From positions 244,471 through 308,470 of the forward strand of contig CDMY01000656.1 in the NCBI GenBank assembly GCA_001179505.1: DNA of 64,000 bases. Direction: 5' to 3'. This DNA is from Vitrella brassicaformis CCMP3155 (Eukaryota > Protista > Chromerida). Shown piece after piece: positions 13,282 through 26,029 of the stretch; position 1 is the stretch's first letter; every line of letters begins with the position of its first letter. A program made the translations under genes and the position numbers. Below the pieces are notes generated by a model. That model was not told where the DNA came from. It worked only from the letters and a program-made list of their open reading frames with translations, and ran no database searches.

Positions 13282-14481
13282 GCCATGCGCGAACGCGGAC
13301 CTACTTAGGACATCCATCACTCATTCGGTGACAGTGTATGGCTGTGGTGGCGTGGGAAGACCATTACGGCGCATCGAAGGCAGTTGAAGCTAGGCACACT
13401 CATGGATGTCAGTCGTGTCAGCCACTGTGGACACACACACACACACACTACACCACACCACACCCGATCGGTACAAAAGACCGCTGGCATTCGAAAAACA
13501 GACGTGCACGCAGGTGAGCACACACACAGACGTGTCCGTGTCGGCGCGACAAGCACGACACAGACGCACACTCGACGAGACGACGAGACGAGATGGATGG
13601 ATGGACTGAGGGACACGAACAACACGGGACCCACACACGTAAATGCAAACAGACAGACAGAGGTGACGGACCCGATCACATCGTATCGATGACGATAGAC
13701 GGACAGATAGACAGACAGACAGACAGACAGAAGGAGATACCGATAAGGGGGGACGGGACGGATGGGGAGACGGGAAAGCAGGAGGAAGAGGGGGAAGCTC
13801 AGTAAAAAGGCCGTCATCAAAGAATGATGCACACTCACACTTGTTCGTCCATCGCCGTCCAGGAGAGCCCCGCTCTCTCGCTCGCATTCATCGTTGACAA
13901 ACACGATGTATACACACACGCACACACATACAACGAATGCGATCCACCACCCGCCTCACCCCCTCACTTCGTTGACCCCTCCCCTTTCCTCCTCCTCTCT
14001 CTCTCTCTCTCTCTCCCTTGTCAAGTCGAGGCCAACTCTCTGAGCCCCGACCCGAAGCAGTGTTGATGGACAACACAGGTTCGTGGATTGATAGAGCGTT
14101 GGCTGCCTTTCTGCTCCACCCACCCATGCCATGCCATGCCATGCATCCAGACGCATCCACACTATCTGGCCTCACGTAGAAATCACTACTAATTGCCTGC
14201 CTGCCTGCATCCGCAGCAGCGTTCTGCCGGCCGCCTGGCTGCCTCGAGAGACTCTCTCTCTCTCCATCCATCCACTCACTCACTCACTCATCCGTCCATC
14301 CATCCATCCATTCATCGCCCTCTCCCCCCCGATCCTTCATTGCCAGAGCCACACATGTAGGTTGGGAGGTAGAAGCAAGAAAGAGAAAACTCCTGCTTAG
14401 ATTACATTGCCCACGGTATGAACACACACACACACTCTCTCTCACACACACACACACCCATAGCTCCCCTTCTGACTTCAG

Positions 14482-17227
14482 CTACCGGCGGCTGGGGCAC
14501 TTGGTCGGCTCGTCCGATGACCACTTGCCGGTCGGCAGGCACATCCGGGTGTCAGGCCCCTCGGGCCAGTCGTTCCCATCACACATGTACTCGAGGATCT
14601 CCAGATCGTAGCTCGATACGCTCAGGGTGCGCTTGCGGATCTCTGCCACGGCCTCCGGATCGCCTGGGGGCTCCCCGCAGCCCTTGAACGCTGCACACAC
14701 AAGGGGACAATCCAGCTCATGCCAACACTGGGTGTGGGCGGTTCGGTGTTCACTCACCTTGTTTGTCGAAGCAGGTGACCTTTGTGTCCGGGCCGCCAGG
14801 TATCTGTATGGGCGTCCCCGACCGCCTCGGGACGATCACACTCCACTGGGTGACCAAATCGGGAGCCGGGGGCAGGAACTCCGCCGTAGACATCAACGAC
14901 AGACAGTCGGGGTTGATCTCTAGACCCACAAACCAAAACTGCGCCCAGCCGACACGACAAACGATGCATTTGTGTCACCCTCCTGTGAGAGTATGTGTGT
15001 TTCTGTGCGTGGGAGGTCACCTGGCCGTTAGGGCACCTGGCGATATTCCAGTAAGGCAGCAGCCGAGGGGTGTCGCCGACCGTGATCTGAGCCCAGTAGG
15101 GCGCGCCGGAATGCACCGTGCTGTTTCTGTCAGGCCAGACCTCATACAGAGCGAAATGCGCCTGCGAGCCAACAAACACACCATCATCACACAATAGTCG
15201 GCTCACGCAAGCGACGTGTCTTCCATCTCACCATTGGGTCCATTCTGGCGTACCAGCCGCCGGCGTGTGGCGTGACCTGATCGTGTGCTTGGCCCTCAAA
15301 CTCCACTGGCCCGCTGGACAGGTACACGAACGGGCAGTACGTGTCGTCGTCAAATGTCTGGGCCGCTCCACCTGTTGCCCACACGACGCGACAAAGTAGT
15401 CTGCAGTGACGCCGACGTTCGTTTTCTCCCCCTCTTTTGAAGGGCATACGTGGCAAGCATTTGATCTCGGTGTCAGGGCGCCACTTGCCGTCCGGCCAGC
15501 ACCAGACCTGGTCAGGCCCTAGCCTATCTTGTTCCTGGTCGATGCAGGCTTCGCTGTAGCCCATCACCCTGAACAGCCTGATGTTCTCTAGCGAAGTGAA
15601 GAAGGCCCCGCTCTCTGGAATTATGTCGATGGACGACTCGGGCAACGAATCCTCCGAACAGACCCCTGACAGACACACAGACAGACAGACAGACAGACAG
15701 AGAGGGGGAGGGAGGGAGGCAGAGAGAGACACAGAGACACAGAGGGGTTAGAAGACTTTCATTTATGTGTGAGTCTCGGGGGGACACGCAGGTGGCTAGC
15801 TCACTTGGTCGCACACACTCGATCTTGAAGTCCTCGATTTCCACATAAGCCCTGTCCTCCCTCGCCTCCCACCCACCACCCTCCTCCGGCAGCTCCCCGC
15901 CCGCCCCCGCCTTGCTCCGAAAACCCCCCAGGCACACAGCGGCGTCCGACAGAGGCCGCCCCGCACCCGGCGCCCAACCCATGTGCCACCGGTTGTCTCG
16001 CGGGCACCAGATGATCATGTTCTTGAGGAACGTGGGTTTGCCGATGAAGAGGTTGGGGTGCGCTATCTGGATCCATGCGGGTTTCCCTCCCCATTCGCCA
16101 TTCTGCATCGAATTGAGGAAGGTCCTGAGGCCGAGGTCGATGATAGCGGATCGGTCCGCCCAGAGGTAGTAGCCCGCCAGTGGGCTGACTTGCTGGCTCT
16201 TGGGGTCGACGCTCATCGTGGGTGTGGTCACCTTGAGCAGTCGACAGCCGCCTGATGACGGCCACACACAACGAACAAACAAGATGCACACCCCACCCAC
16301 AGACAGACACAGATGCATGCGGTCACCGCACTCACCGGTAGGTATCGGCGGCAGGGCAATGACGTCCGCATCCTCTCGCCCGATCGCCTCCACCGGCTCA
16401 TCAGTCCCCTCCTCGTGATCGCCGTTCTCCGCGGGCTCGCCCTCAGCCGAGGCCGGTGCGGTCGTCACCGCACCAGCACCAGCAGAAGGGGTAGGCTTCG
16501 GAGTGCTCGACGTTGTTGTGGTACTCGTCGTTGTCTGGGCCTCCCTCTGGCTTGCCTGCGGACCAACGCTGGCTGGCTCGCCGTTCGACGGCTCCACGAG
16601 AGGTGCTGTTGTTTCTGCCGCCGCTGCTGCGCCAGGGCCGTCAACCTCTTCCTGCGGCTGTTCTTGTTCGTCGCAATCGCCGCCATCGAGGTTGCATTTG
16701 GCGATGTTGCAGGCCTCGTCGCAGACACCGTCGCCGATGAAGTCGAGTTCGCAGGCATACCCAGAGGCATCGGCGCACTCGGTTGCTGATACGGACTCAC
16801 ACGCGGGGCGTGGACATGCACTATCACCTGAACACACGACAGACAGACAGAGAGTGGACGCATTCATTCACACACGCAGTGTGCTTGTCGTGTGTTTGTC
16901 ATCTCACCACCCTGCAGTCGCCGCCTCCCTCGCCTCACTCGACCACTCCCCATCACCGCCACCACCCATAACGCCACCAGGACCACCCACACGGCCCTCC
17001 AGTGCATCTGCGATCCCGAAAAAGATGATGGAAACCACTCGCCTCAGGCCCACTGAACGGCCCGTCGGCCCGTCATCGTGGAGTGGCTGCTGGTCTTCAC
17101 ACTTCTTGGCCTCGGCACGACAGCTGGCGTCCTCCTGATACTGCTTGTCGCAGACCGACAGAGAGATGAGAGATAGGAGGAGGATTGATCCAACAGATTA
17201 AGTGAAGCACTCAGGGGTACTGTGCAT
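14482..17227 (-). CDS. Cys-rich extracellular-type protein with LNR (Lin-12/Notch) repeat, mucin-like linker and two sushi/CCP-like modules (5' end uncertain)
   Basis: CELDFIGDGVCDEACNIAKCNLDGGDC fits the LNR consensus, followed by a T/S/A/E-rich linker. YSEACIDQ..CWPDGKWRPDTEIKC and YMCDGND..CLPTGKWSSDEPTKC fit the sushi C-terminal C-x(3)-G-x-W-x(4-6)-C pattern. Start is either ATG 16969 or ATG 17227 (the latter followed by an in-frame TAA). Confidence 0.7.
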
Positions 17228-17292
17228 CTTCCCAACCACTGTATGGCATGGGGCACGAAAAAAACTGACGGAGAGTCTGCGAGCTTAGACGG

Positions 17293-17310
17293 GGAGATCT
17301 CGAGATCTCC
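17293..17310. promoter_or_regulatory. Perfect 18-bp palindrome GGAGATCTCGAGATCTCC in a divergent intergenic region
   Basis: The sequence equals its own reverse complement and lies between the LNR/sushi and CCCH gene starts. A regulatory role is inferred only. Confidence 0.35.
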
Positions 17311-17635
17311 TGACCGCCATTTCCGCGGCTCAGCCTTTGCAACCGAGATCTCGCCTTCAGCCTTGACCCCCTCGGCGAGTTTTGCTTTCGTGCTGCATCG
17401 TTGGTTGCACTGCCGTGCTCGTGAGACAAGACGCTCGTGTCCCAGCACAGGTGCGCCTTCAGCCAGGCAGCACGCAGGCAGGCAGCCAGGCCACTGGGTT
17501 GCCCTTGATCGCTATGCGTGTGTAATGTGGCTGTTGTTGCGTGGGTGAGTGATGTGCAGGTTTGCACGAAACTTGTCTGGCGTGGCTCGGCTCGGCCTGA
17601 TCTGGCGGCCCTCTGTCTGTCGTCTGCACTGAGTC

Positions 17636-19205
17636 ATGCCGACCGACTTCTTGTCGGAGGAGTACCTGGTGTCCTTCCGGACTCAGCTGTGTCCCGACCG
17701 AAAGCGGGGCTGCACCAAGGGAGACAAGTGCCGCTTCTCACACGCGACCGACTGGATGTAAGGGCGCGACGCTGCAGCGCAACAGGGAGGCAGGCAGAGA
17801 GGAGGGGGATGATTACTGAGGGAGCTGGCGCGGGATGTGTTGTGTGTGCCTGTCTCTCTATGTGTGCCTGCCTGCCTGCCTGCATGCATGTAGCCGTCGT
17901 CGTGCCTTCTACCACGGTTCTCGGGAGAAGATCAAGTACTGCCACCAGCTGTGCGAGTTCGTGGCGCTAGTCAATGGACGACCGCACAACGGATGTGACA
18001 GAGGTACGTGACCCTGTGGGAGGGAGAAGGGTACGTATGCGCGTCTGCTTCTGCGTGTGTTGTGTCAGGATCCAACTGTCCGTTCTCCCACTCGGTCGAG
18101 GAGCTGGAGTACCACCCGCTCCGCTACAAGACCACGCTGTGCCCGATGTTCCACCAGACTGGACTGTGCCTGCGGCCATACTGCCCCAACATACACGGCA
18201 TCGCCGAAGAGAGAAAGGGTACGTAACGTCAGATGCACACACACAGTGTCGGCGGGGGAGGCATCTACACATGTGGCTGTGGCTGTGTGTGTGTGCAGAC
18301 AAGAGATACTTCATGATCGGGAAGCACCTCCGCAATGACAGGGTGACGCTCCCCCCTCACCTCACCGGCATCACAGTCATCGAGTCCGACGCCGAGCTCC
18401 CCAACCACAATGAAAATGCCAACAACCCCACCAATACCAGCACCCGGAGCAACACAAACGACCCCGCCCTCATCAAGACCAGCCCTTTCACCGACCGCCG
18501 CCCACCTCCCCCCCTCTCCCTCTCCCCCTCCCCATCCACGACGAGCAACCAATCGGACCTGGCCAAGCTGCGCTCCCCCACTGTCTCCACCAACACGACC
18601 AAGATCCCCGCCCCCCCACGCACACTCCCACCGCCTTCGCTCCCCCACAACCACCAGAAGAGCAGCACCGGCAGCAACAACAGCAGCAGCAGCTTCCCCA
18701 CCAAGCAGCACCCGGCTGATGGCGCGGCCGGGCGCATCGAGACCCGCGCATCTCTCGAGGCCAACCTGCGAGCTCGCCTCGGCCCTCTGGCGGACGAGAA
18801 GGACGCTGAGGAGATGACCAACGGCATGGTCACGGCCCTCGGCCATGAGTGCCGATCGACCTCGGGCTCCCCCCCACCCCCTCCCCCGCCCCCCACACAC
18901 GACCCCGAGGACTGCATCAAGGTGCCCCCACCGCCACCCCAGCAGCAGCAGCGTCCACATCAGCAGCGTGATCGCTCGACGGTCGTGGCTGAGAAGGCGC
19001 TGATGCACGCGGACAGGTTGGCGGATTTGGTGCACTCGGAGGAGTTCCTGGAGGTGAGCGCCGACGCGGTCAAGCAGGCGGTGTGCACGGAGGTGTTCAA
19101 GAAGGTGGCCGAGGTGTGTCTCACCGTCATGGAGGCGGGCGAGGACGCCAGCGACTTGATGCACCTCCTCATCGACATGAGCGACCCCGAGGTAGGTGCC
19201 CTGCA

Positions 19206-19237
<32 letters not shown>

Positions 19238-19648
19238 CCCGTCGTGACGCCCATTTTCTGCCTCTGTGTGTGTGTGTGTGTGGTTTGTCTATGTCAGGTG
19301 CACTCGCTGGCCCACAGTTTGCACACCACCCTGGCACACACATTCGGCTACGTCCCCAACACCCCCCCGCCGCTCACTACCAGTACCACCACCACCCACA
19401 CCCCTACGACCCATCAGCAGCAGCAGGGCAGTCCCCCCAGCCCCCCGACGTACCAGGAGTACCACCTCTTCGGCGATGCCGTCACGCCCAACCGCTCGCT
19501 CACCCTGACAACACGCACTATCGGCGGGCCGGCCTTCACTCTGGGCGGCAGCGAGAGGGAGGGGGAGGGGGAGGGTCAGGGGGGCCGACAGAACGGGAAT
19601 GGGGACAGGGCGGGCAGCCAGGGCCACAGGGACGGGAGTTTCTTGTGA
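17636..19648 (+). CDS. Unkempt-like tandem CCCH zinc-finger RNA-binding protein with Pro/Ser/Thr-rich tail
   Basis: MPTDFLSEEYLVSFRTQLCPDRKRGCTKGDKCRFSH; KYCHQLCEF..GCDR/GSNCPFSH; EELEYHPLRYKTTLCPMFHQTGLCLRPYCPNIH. Long low-complexity exon; stop at 19648. Confidence 0.85.
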
Positions 19649-22600
19649 GGGAGATGTGATGTGGCTGTGTCTGCGTGTGAGGTGTGGCGCGAGTATCTCG
19701 AGAGTGCTGAGAGGGCGGTGTGGTGCCATTTCTCTTCTCTCTCCGTGTCTGTGCTGTGCTGTGTGTCTCTCTGTGTGGGCGCATCTGCGTGAAAGGTTTG
19801 CCGAGAGAGAGAGAGAGAGAGAGAGAGTCTGTGTGATGTGACAAGACAGGTCAAATATATGGATGTCCGTCTGTGTGTCTGTGTCTGTCTGTCTGTCTGT
19901 CTGCGTGGGATCGCCTGTGTGTTCCTCTCGACGTGTGTGTGACTGACTGACTGACTGACTATTGATGGCATCTACTGCGTAATTGCGTAATTCGCTGCCT
20001 GACTAGAGCGAGAGGAAGGCGCTAGCAGCTCGTTCGTTCCTACCGGGATGGAATGAGCAATGAGGAAAGAGACCACATAGCCGTGCTGGCTGCTACCGAC
20101 TGGGGGCCATGGATGAGTAGGGAGGGCTATCCGTAAGGGCCGTATTGTATGCCTAAGACGACGCCCAGAGAGAGAGAGAGAGAGAGAGACTAAGCACTGT
20201 TCTGGTCACAATCGATTGCATCTTCCTGCCTGTCCGTCCGTCCGTCCGTCCGTCCGTCCGTCCACTTTTTTCGTCGTCACGCCTCCTTTGCGCACATGAG
20301 GCGTGTGTGGGAGGGGGGGTGGGGGTGAGGAGCCAACAGACACAAGGGAAGGGCACAGCATGTGGGTAGTGTCCAGAGGGGGTGGCTTGATGTGACTAGT
20401 ATGGTGTCTTGATGCCTTGCCTGTGTGTGTGTGGTGGTCGGAAGCTGCCTGTGGCCGCCGTGGCCTTCTGCTGCGTCATTCTGACCCACTCAGTGAACGG
20501 CGAGTGGGGCAGCGTGGTGTGGAGGGACGCAACGGCAACCACTGGGACAGGTGGACGAGCACACGACGCGCAAGATTGACTGATTGCCTCTGCCCTTCCT
20601 GTACTGGTCTGGATGGATGGATGTCTGCCTGTGCTGGATCGATCATTCTTGCCGAGAGAGAGATGCCGAGAGAGTGCCCCGGAAGTATCCGCTTTTTTCA
20701 GCATCCCTCATCGTCACAAAACGATGATGCGATGCCGTGTGAGGACACACACACACATACACACATACACACAGACAGACAGGTTTGTTGGGGGGTCGCT
20801 GCATCTCTGTGTGTGCGTCTTCGTGTTCGTGTTGGTGTTGGTGGCAGGAGAGCGAGAGAGCGACTTATTGACACAATGCTAACCAGACGGCTGACTGATG
20901 CGGCCGGTGTTTCTAGTAGCCTGCTTCGGGCTAGTGTGTCTGTGTCTGTGTGTGTGTGCGTCTGTATGTCTGATGCTTTGTATGTGTGTGCGGCCATGGC
21001 TCACCTGTTGGTTTCAATCGCTGAGCGCGGCATGGCATCATTAAGCGGTGTTTTTGGGCGTCGTAAGTTGTTGGTCTTTCCAAGCGTCCACCGGTTTTTA
21101 TAGCATCACAACTACTGACTGCAGCGTCTTATAAGCAAAGCAAGCATTGCCTTCTGCCGGTGTCGGGAGTGAGTATGACAACAGTCGGTGTGGCCTTTTA
21201 TGTGAGTGTCTTGCAAGGAGCGCAAGCAAGCACCCAGTGTCCAGTAATTCCAAACACGAGCCGGGTGGGGAGGGGAGGGAGACGGTGTTGACTGTAGCGC
21301 TACAACCGTCTTAAGTACGTCGCTCTGTCGGCGGGAGGGTGGGTGGGTGCTTTCATGCCAGCCAGCTGTCTGTCGTCCGCCCGCAATTTTGAGCCATGCA
21401 CTCCATTTCATCGCATCCCACAGGCACCATCCATCCATCAGGTCATTGGTCGCGTGTCCTCTCCTCCTGTCTGTCTGAGTTTATTGTGCCCGTCAGAACC
21501 AATGATGGATGATGGCTCGGCTCGGTTGCTCGACGCAGGTTTGTCTGTTTGCCTGTCTGTCTGTCTGTCTGCCTTTCTGGCCTTACTGGCCGTTTGTTTT
21601 CGTCCGTGGCAGTGGGTAGGGTTGCCAGCACCCGCCCCCCACTCACCCCTGCCATGCACCACCACCACGACCACGTTTGAACCACTGCATAGCACAGCAT
21701 CTATAGCGTACCATCAGCAGCAGCAGTAGCGCTTCAATCCAGCTGTCTGTCCGTCTGCCCGTCCCTCTGTCTGTCCGTGCTGCATGTTGCTCCGTCGATT
21801 GTGTGTGCCCCCCTCTCCCTCCCCTTCATGGCACGCCTGCATCCGTCCCCCGTTTACCTGTCCATCGGTTTGAGTGTCTCAGTGTCAGCACAGCGCGGAC
21901 CGGCCTCGCCCGGCCCGTTTTCTAGTGTGCGTGCGTTTGTCTGTCTGCCTGGCTGGCTGGCTGTGTGTTGGTCCTTCCGCCATTGCAACGTTGAGCGTAT
22001 CTCTCTCTCTGTCGCCTCTCGAGCTCGGTCTAGTGTGGTCGGTCTAGTCTGTCTCGAGCCATCCCTGGCCCATCTCCTTCGATCGTCCGCTCTCGTACGT
22101 GTCCCTTCGTGTGCACATGCGTGTCTGTGAGTTCGTGTGAGCGTGTGTGCGTGTGCATGTGCGTGTGTGTGCGTGTGTTCGTGTGAGGGTCTCTCTGATG
22201 TGTCTGGTCATCGAGGAAGGTGGGTGGTTGAGAAAGCGACAGATGGAGACACGTGGATTTGAGTGCTGGTTGGTTGATTCATGTGGTGACTGATGGGAGG
22301 GATGGGATAGGATGAGAAGCATTCTTCAGGCTGGAACCGAGTAGGTCGGGGGAGATGGAAAATGGGAAGGGATAAAGAACTGAATGGAACAGGCGCACTG
22401 TCCACTGAGATGACGGACACAGATGGACGGATGCGTCAGTTCTGCTGATGGAAGATAGAGGTACACGCAAGTACGGTCTTGCTCAATCAAATGGTGAAGT
22501 GAACAGTGAATGGATGGACTGATACCGTGTCAGAATTCCACCAAGCCAGCTGTACAGAGGCATTACTCAGCGAACCATACACCACCATGTCCTTGCGATT

Positions 22601-24084
22601 GCAATGCCAACGCACTTACAGGAGTGTTCCATCGCTCACATACGTCTCATGACTACCCGACCCGCCTACCTAAATGGAGCCAACATTCGCCCGACACGCA
22701 CACGGAAACGCGCACACACCGGCACGGTAGCTTTCGCGTCACGTGGCGCGGCAGGCAACGAAGAGAAGCACAACCACCATTTCATGAAAATCACGTAACA
22801 GAATAGATTTCCACTCGTGGATGGAAGGTCAAAGACAACAATGAGACAGTGAGGTGAGAAGTGGTGCCGAGACGGAGGGCTGGGCTGGCTGCCGCAAGCA
22901 AGCCACGCTCGGCAAGTCTGAGTGAGTGAGTCAGTAAGTGCGATAGCTTAGCTGGTATGTATGGATCTGGATCGATAAAAGAGTGGCCCGCCCACCCGCC
23001 CGCCAAGCCGAGAGGATCTCTCGCTCTCTTATGGCCAGACAGCCAGCAAGGTGACCACACACGCACACATTCACACACCACCGATGCGATGCGATGCGAT
23101 GCGATACCCCCCCTCCCCCTCACCACACCCACGTCACGCAACACTCTCACCCACCCGCGCAGATCCCCCCCCCGCCCACACACAACATGCGACTACACGC
23201 ACACCAGACCACACCGAGGTATGGATGGGTGCGATGGATACGCGCGCACACACAAGGTGGGTGAGTGAGTGGTCGATTGAAAGGGCGCCAGAGAGGCACC
23301 ACCGATGGGTTCAAACCACAAGGCACACACAGGGAAGGGAAGGAAGGGGGAGAACGAAAGCTTAGCCAAGGCGAGACACACCAGAAAGACAGGACGGTCA
23401 GACGGACTCAGGCACAGGGAAGCACGCAGACAGGCAGGCAGGCAGGCAGGCAGACAGGCAGACAGGCACACAGACACGAACCTCTTCAGTTAGTCAGCGA
23501 GAAAAAGAGGTAGGAGTACAACAGGAAGACAGGAAGACAGGGAGAGAGATATAGGACGCCGTCAGAAAGCGAAGGCAAAAAGCCCGGGCAGCAGGCTGAG
23601 CGAGTGAGGCCAACACAACCAACCAAAAACCAGGCCACACATGACTTGCCCCCTCAACCGCCCCCCACCCTAAAACGAAACGAAAACCACCCCACCCGCC
23701 CCAAACAGAACACCAAGAAATGAAAGGAACCCCAGGACGTCCAGGACGTGACGTACAAATAGGTCGATAAGACACACACGCGCACACAAGCGCACACGCA
23801 CACAGACGTTCACACCACCCACACGACATACCGTAGTATGTGCGTCACCCATCTGCTGGCTGTCTGGGCTGTCTGACTGCGACGATCAAAATCTCCCCTT
23901 GTCCCTTAGGCATCCGTCTCGGCGAGCTGAGCTGAGCAAGCAAGGGTCAGGCGAACCATCCATCCACTGTCTTGTTCCGTGATGGGGGCCCATCGGCCGG
24001 CTGGCTGCTCTGCTCTGCTCGGGGGAGGGAGAGGGTCGTCATCCATCCATCCATCCATCTATCCATGACGGGGCCTCATCTCGC

Positions 24085-25676
24085 TCAGAAGAGCGTCGTC
24101 ACGGTAGTGAAGTACAGATCCTGCACATTCTGCAAACACGAACACAACACACGAGGTCGGCTCATGTCGTGTGCGGGGTGCGTCACGTGAGCGTAGCTTG
24201 TGTGGGTAGGGTAGGTCCCACCTGGTCGTTGACAACGTCCCTGAAGTTGCCTTCTCCCTCCGTAATGAGGACATCGTCGAAGGCGTCCAGCTGCGCCCGC
24301 GTGGCAGTCAGTGTGCCACGGACCACATACCAATCCACAACCTCCGAGCAAGGGGGCGTCGTCAGCGACCCCTGCACCGAACACCATACAGAATACAGAC
24401 AGCACAACACATATCATTCCGTCTGCTAGCCAGCCGGCTTCATCTGCGTGTGTCAAGGGTACCTACCTTGTAGTGGTATGCGAGGAGGGGAAGACCCGGC
24501 AGCTCCGTTGGGAGGAACCGTGCGACCTCGTCGGCGAGTGAGAGGCCGAGAGGGTCGGTGTAGGTCATCGTCTCATTCGCTGGGGGGAAGCCCGCGTCGA
24601 TCAGACGCTGCAGGAACGCATCGGGCTCCCGGCCAACGTCGTAGAAGATACCCAGCACCATCAGACTACCATCTGCACACACAGAGAATGACAGACGGCA
24701 CCAATGGCGCTGTGGCCCCTTGGCTGACTCACCGCTGGCCTGATGGACGATGTGGAGCTCAAGAGCGGGCTGGTTGCCATCAACACGGTGCTCGGCCTGC
24801 AAGCACAGGACAGACAAGGTGACCCACACAGACAGGAGGCAGTTGTCCAAACAAACAAGGCAGACTGTGCGTCTGAGAGGGTGTGCGTGTGTGTGTGTGT
24901 CGACTTGGTGTACCGGTGCGTGGAAGTGGAACTGCAGGACGCGGTAGAAGGTTTCGTTGGTGTAGGATCCGCCGAAACCAGCAGTAAGGGGCGACCTCTG
25001 CTTGATCATCTCCCCGGCAATGTCGGTGCCATTCTACATCACCACACAACAATCACCACACAACAACCGTGATCTCCGTCACGCTGGCTGTCGGTGTGTG
25101 TGTGTCGGTGGCTTACAATGCCATCGCCACCGACTTCCTCTTCGCCGGGGAGAAGTGCCAGCTCGGCACAATCGTACTGGACGCCGTGGCCGCTGTTGCT
25201 GATGATGACCTCTGAGCAGTTGGCATACCGGTAGTTGAGCACCACCTCGAACTTGGTGCCCACAGGCGGCACATCAACGTCCTCGGACCTCAGGTCGATA
25301 GGCGACTGAATCAAATCAACCACCCACATGCAGAGGCACACATGAGTGGATGATGGAGCGAGGGAGGCTGCTGGGCGTGTGGCGATTGGGACACTCACCT
25401 GCCTGATGGTGCTTTCACACTCCCCAAAGGTCCAGTCATCACCCTGCGACCTGCACCAACACACACAGCCAGACACAGACATCTCACACGCGATGAGCCT
25501 CTGTCTTTCCTTCAAGCTGATCAGATCTGCTGTTGGATGCATCTCCCACGCCCTCTCCCCTCCCGAACTCACCCATAAGTATAATATTGCTGTAGAGCAC
25601 GACCACGCACAGCCGGTTTGGCCGACACGGCAGCGACAAGACCAACAAGGCACACGGCAGCACGAAGGCACACCAT
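24085..25676 (-). CDS. Secreted alpha-carbonic anhydrase
   Basis: Signal peptide MVCLRAAVCLVGLVAAVSA, then YTYG..WTFGEC..Q/SPIDL, NSGHGVQ (H64 shuttle), QFHFH and EH..ELHIVH (three Zn ligands plus E106), YHYK/GSLTTPPCSEVVDW, GNFRDV. Has the disulfide Cys pair and N-glycan sequons (NCS, NGT, NET x2) typical of extracellular alpha-CAs. Eight exons splice in frame. Confidence 0.93.
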
Positions 25677-26029
25677 CCTCACTCCACCTACAGCGGTAGC
25701 GATTATGTCACACGATTATCGATTGGGACAGAGAGACAGACAGACGGGCGAGTGAGTATCAGCAGGCGATATAGAAAACAGCTGGTGGACGTTTCGTGCG
25801 AGGACTGACGACAAATGGGGGGAAACCAAAGATACAGGATCCGACAATATGCCAGTCAGACAATAAGCCAGCCAGTGGCGCGCGCCATCCTGGCCAGCCA
25901 ATCAACTAAACAGTCGAGGTTTCACTGTAGAGGTGACGCTCTACCCCATTGACCAGCGCCGCCTGTCTCATTCTTCAACCGACGCGCACCAACCACCACC
26001 ACCACACGCCATCCATCCCCTCTCTCACC
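25677..26029. promoter_or_regulatory. Putative bidirectional promoter shared by the carbonic anhydrase and rhodopsin genes
   Basis: 353 bp between the two divergent ATGs. Contains the palindrome TGGCGCGCGCCA (25876-25887) near the midpoint and a GCCAATC just downstream of it. Confidence 0.55.
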
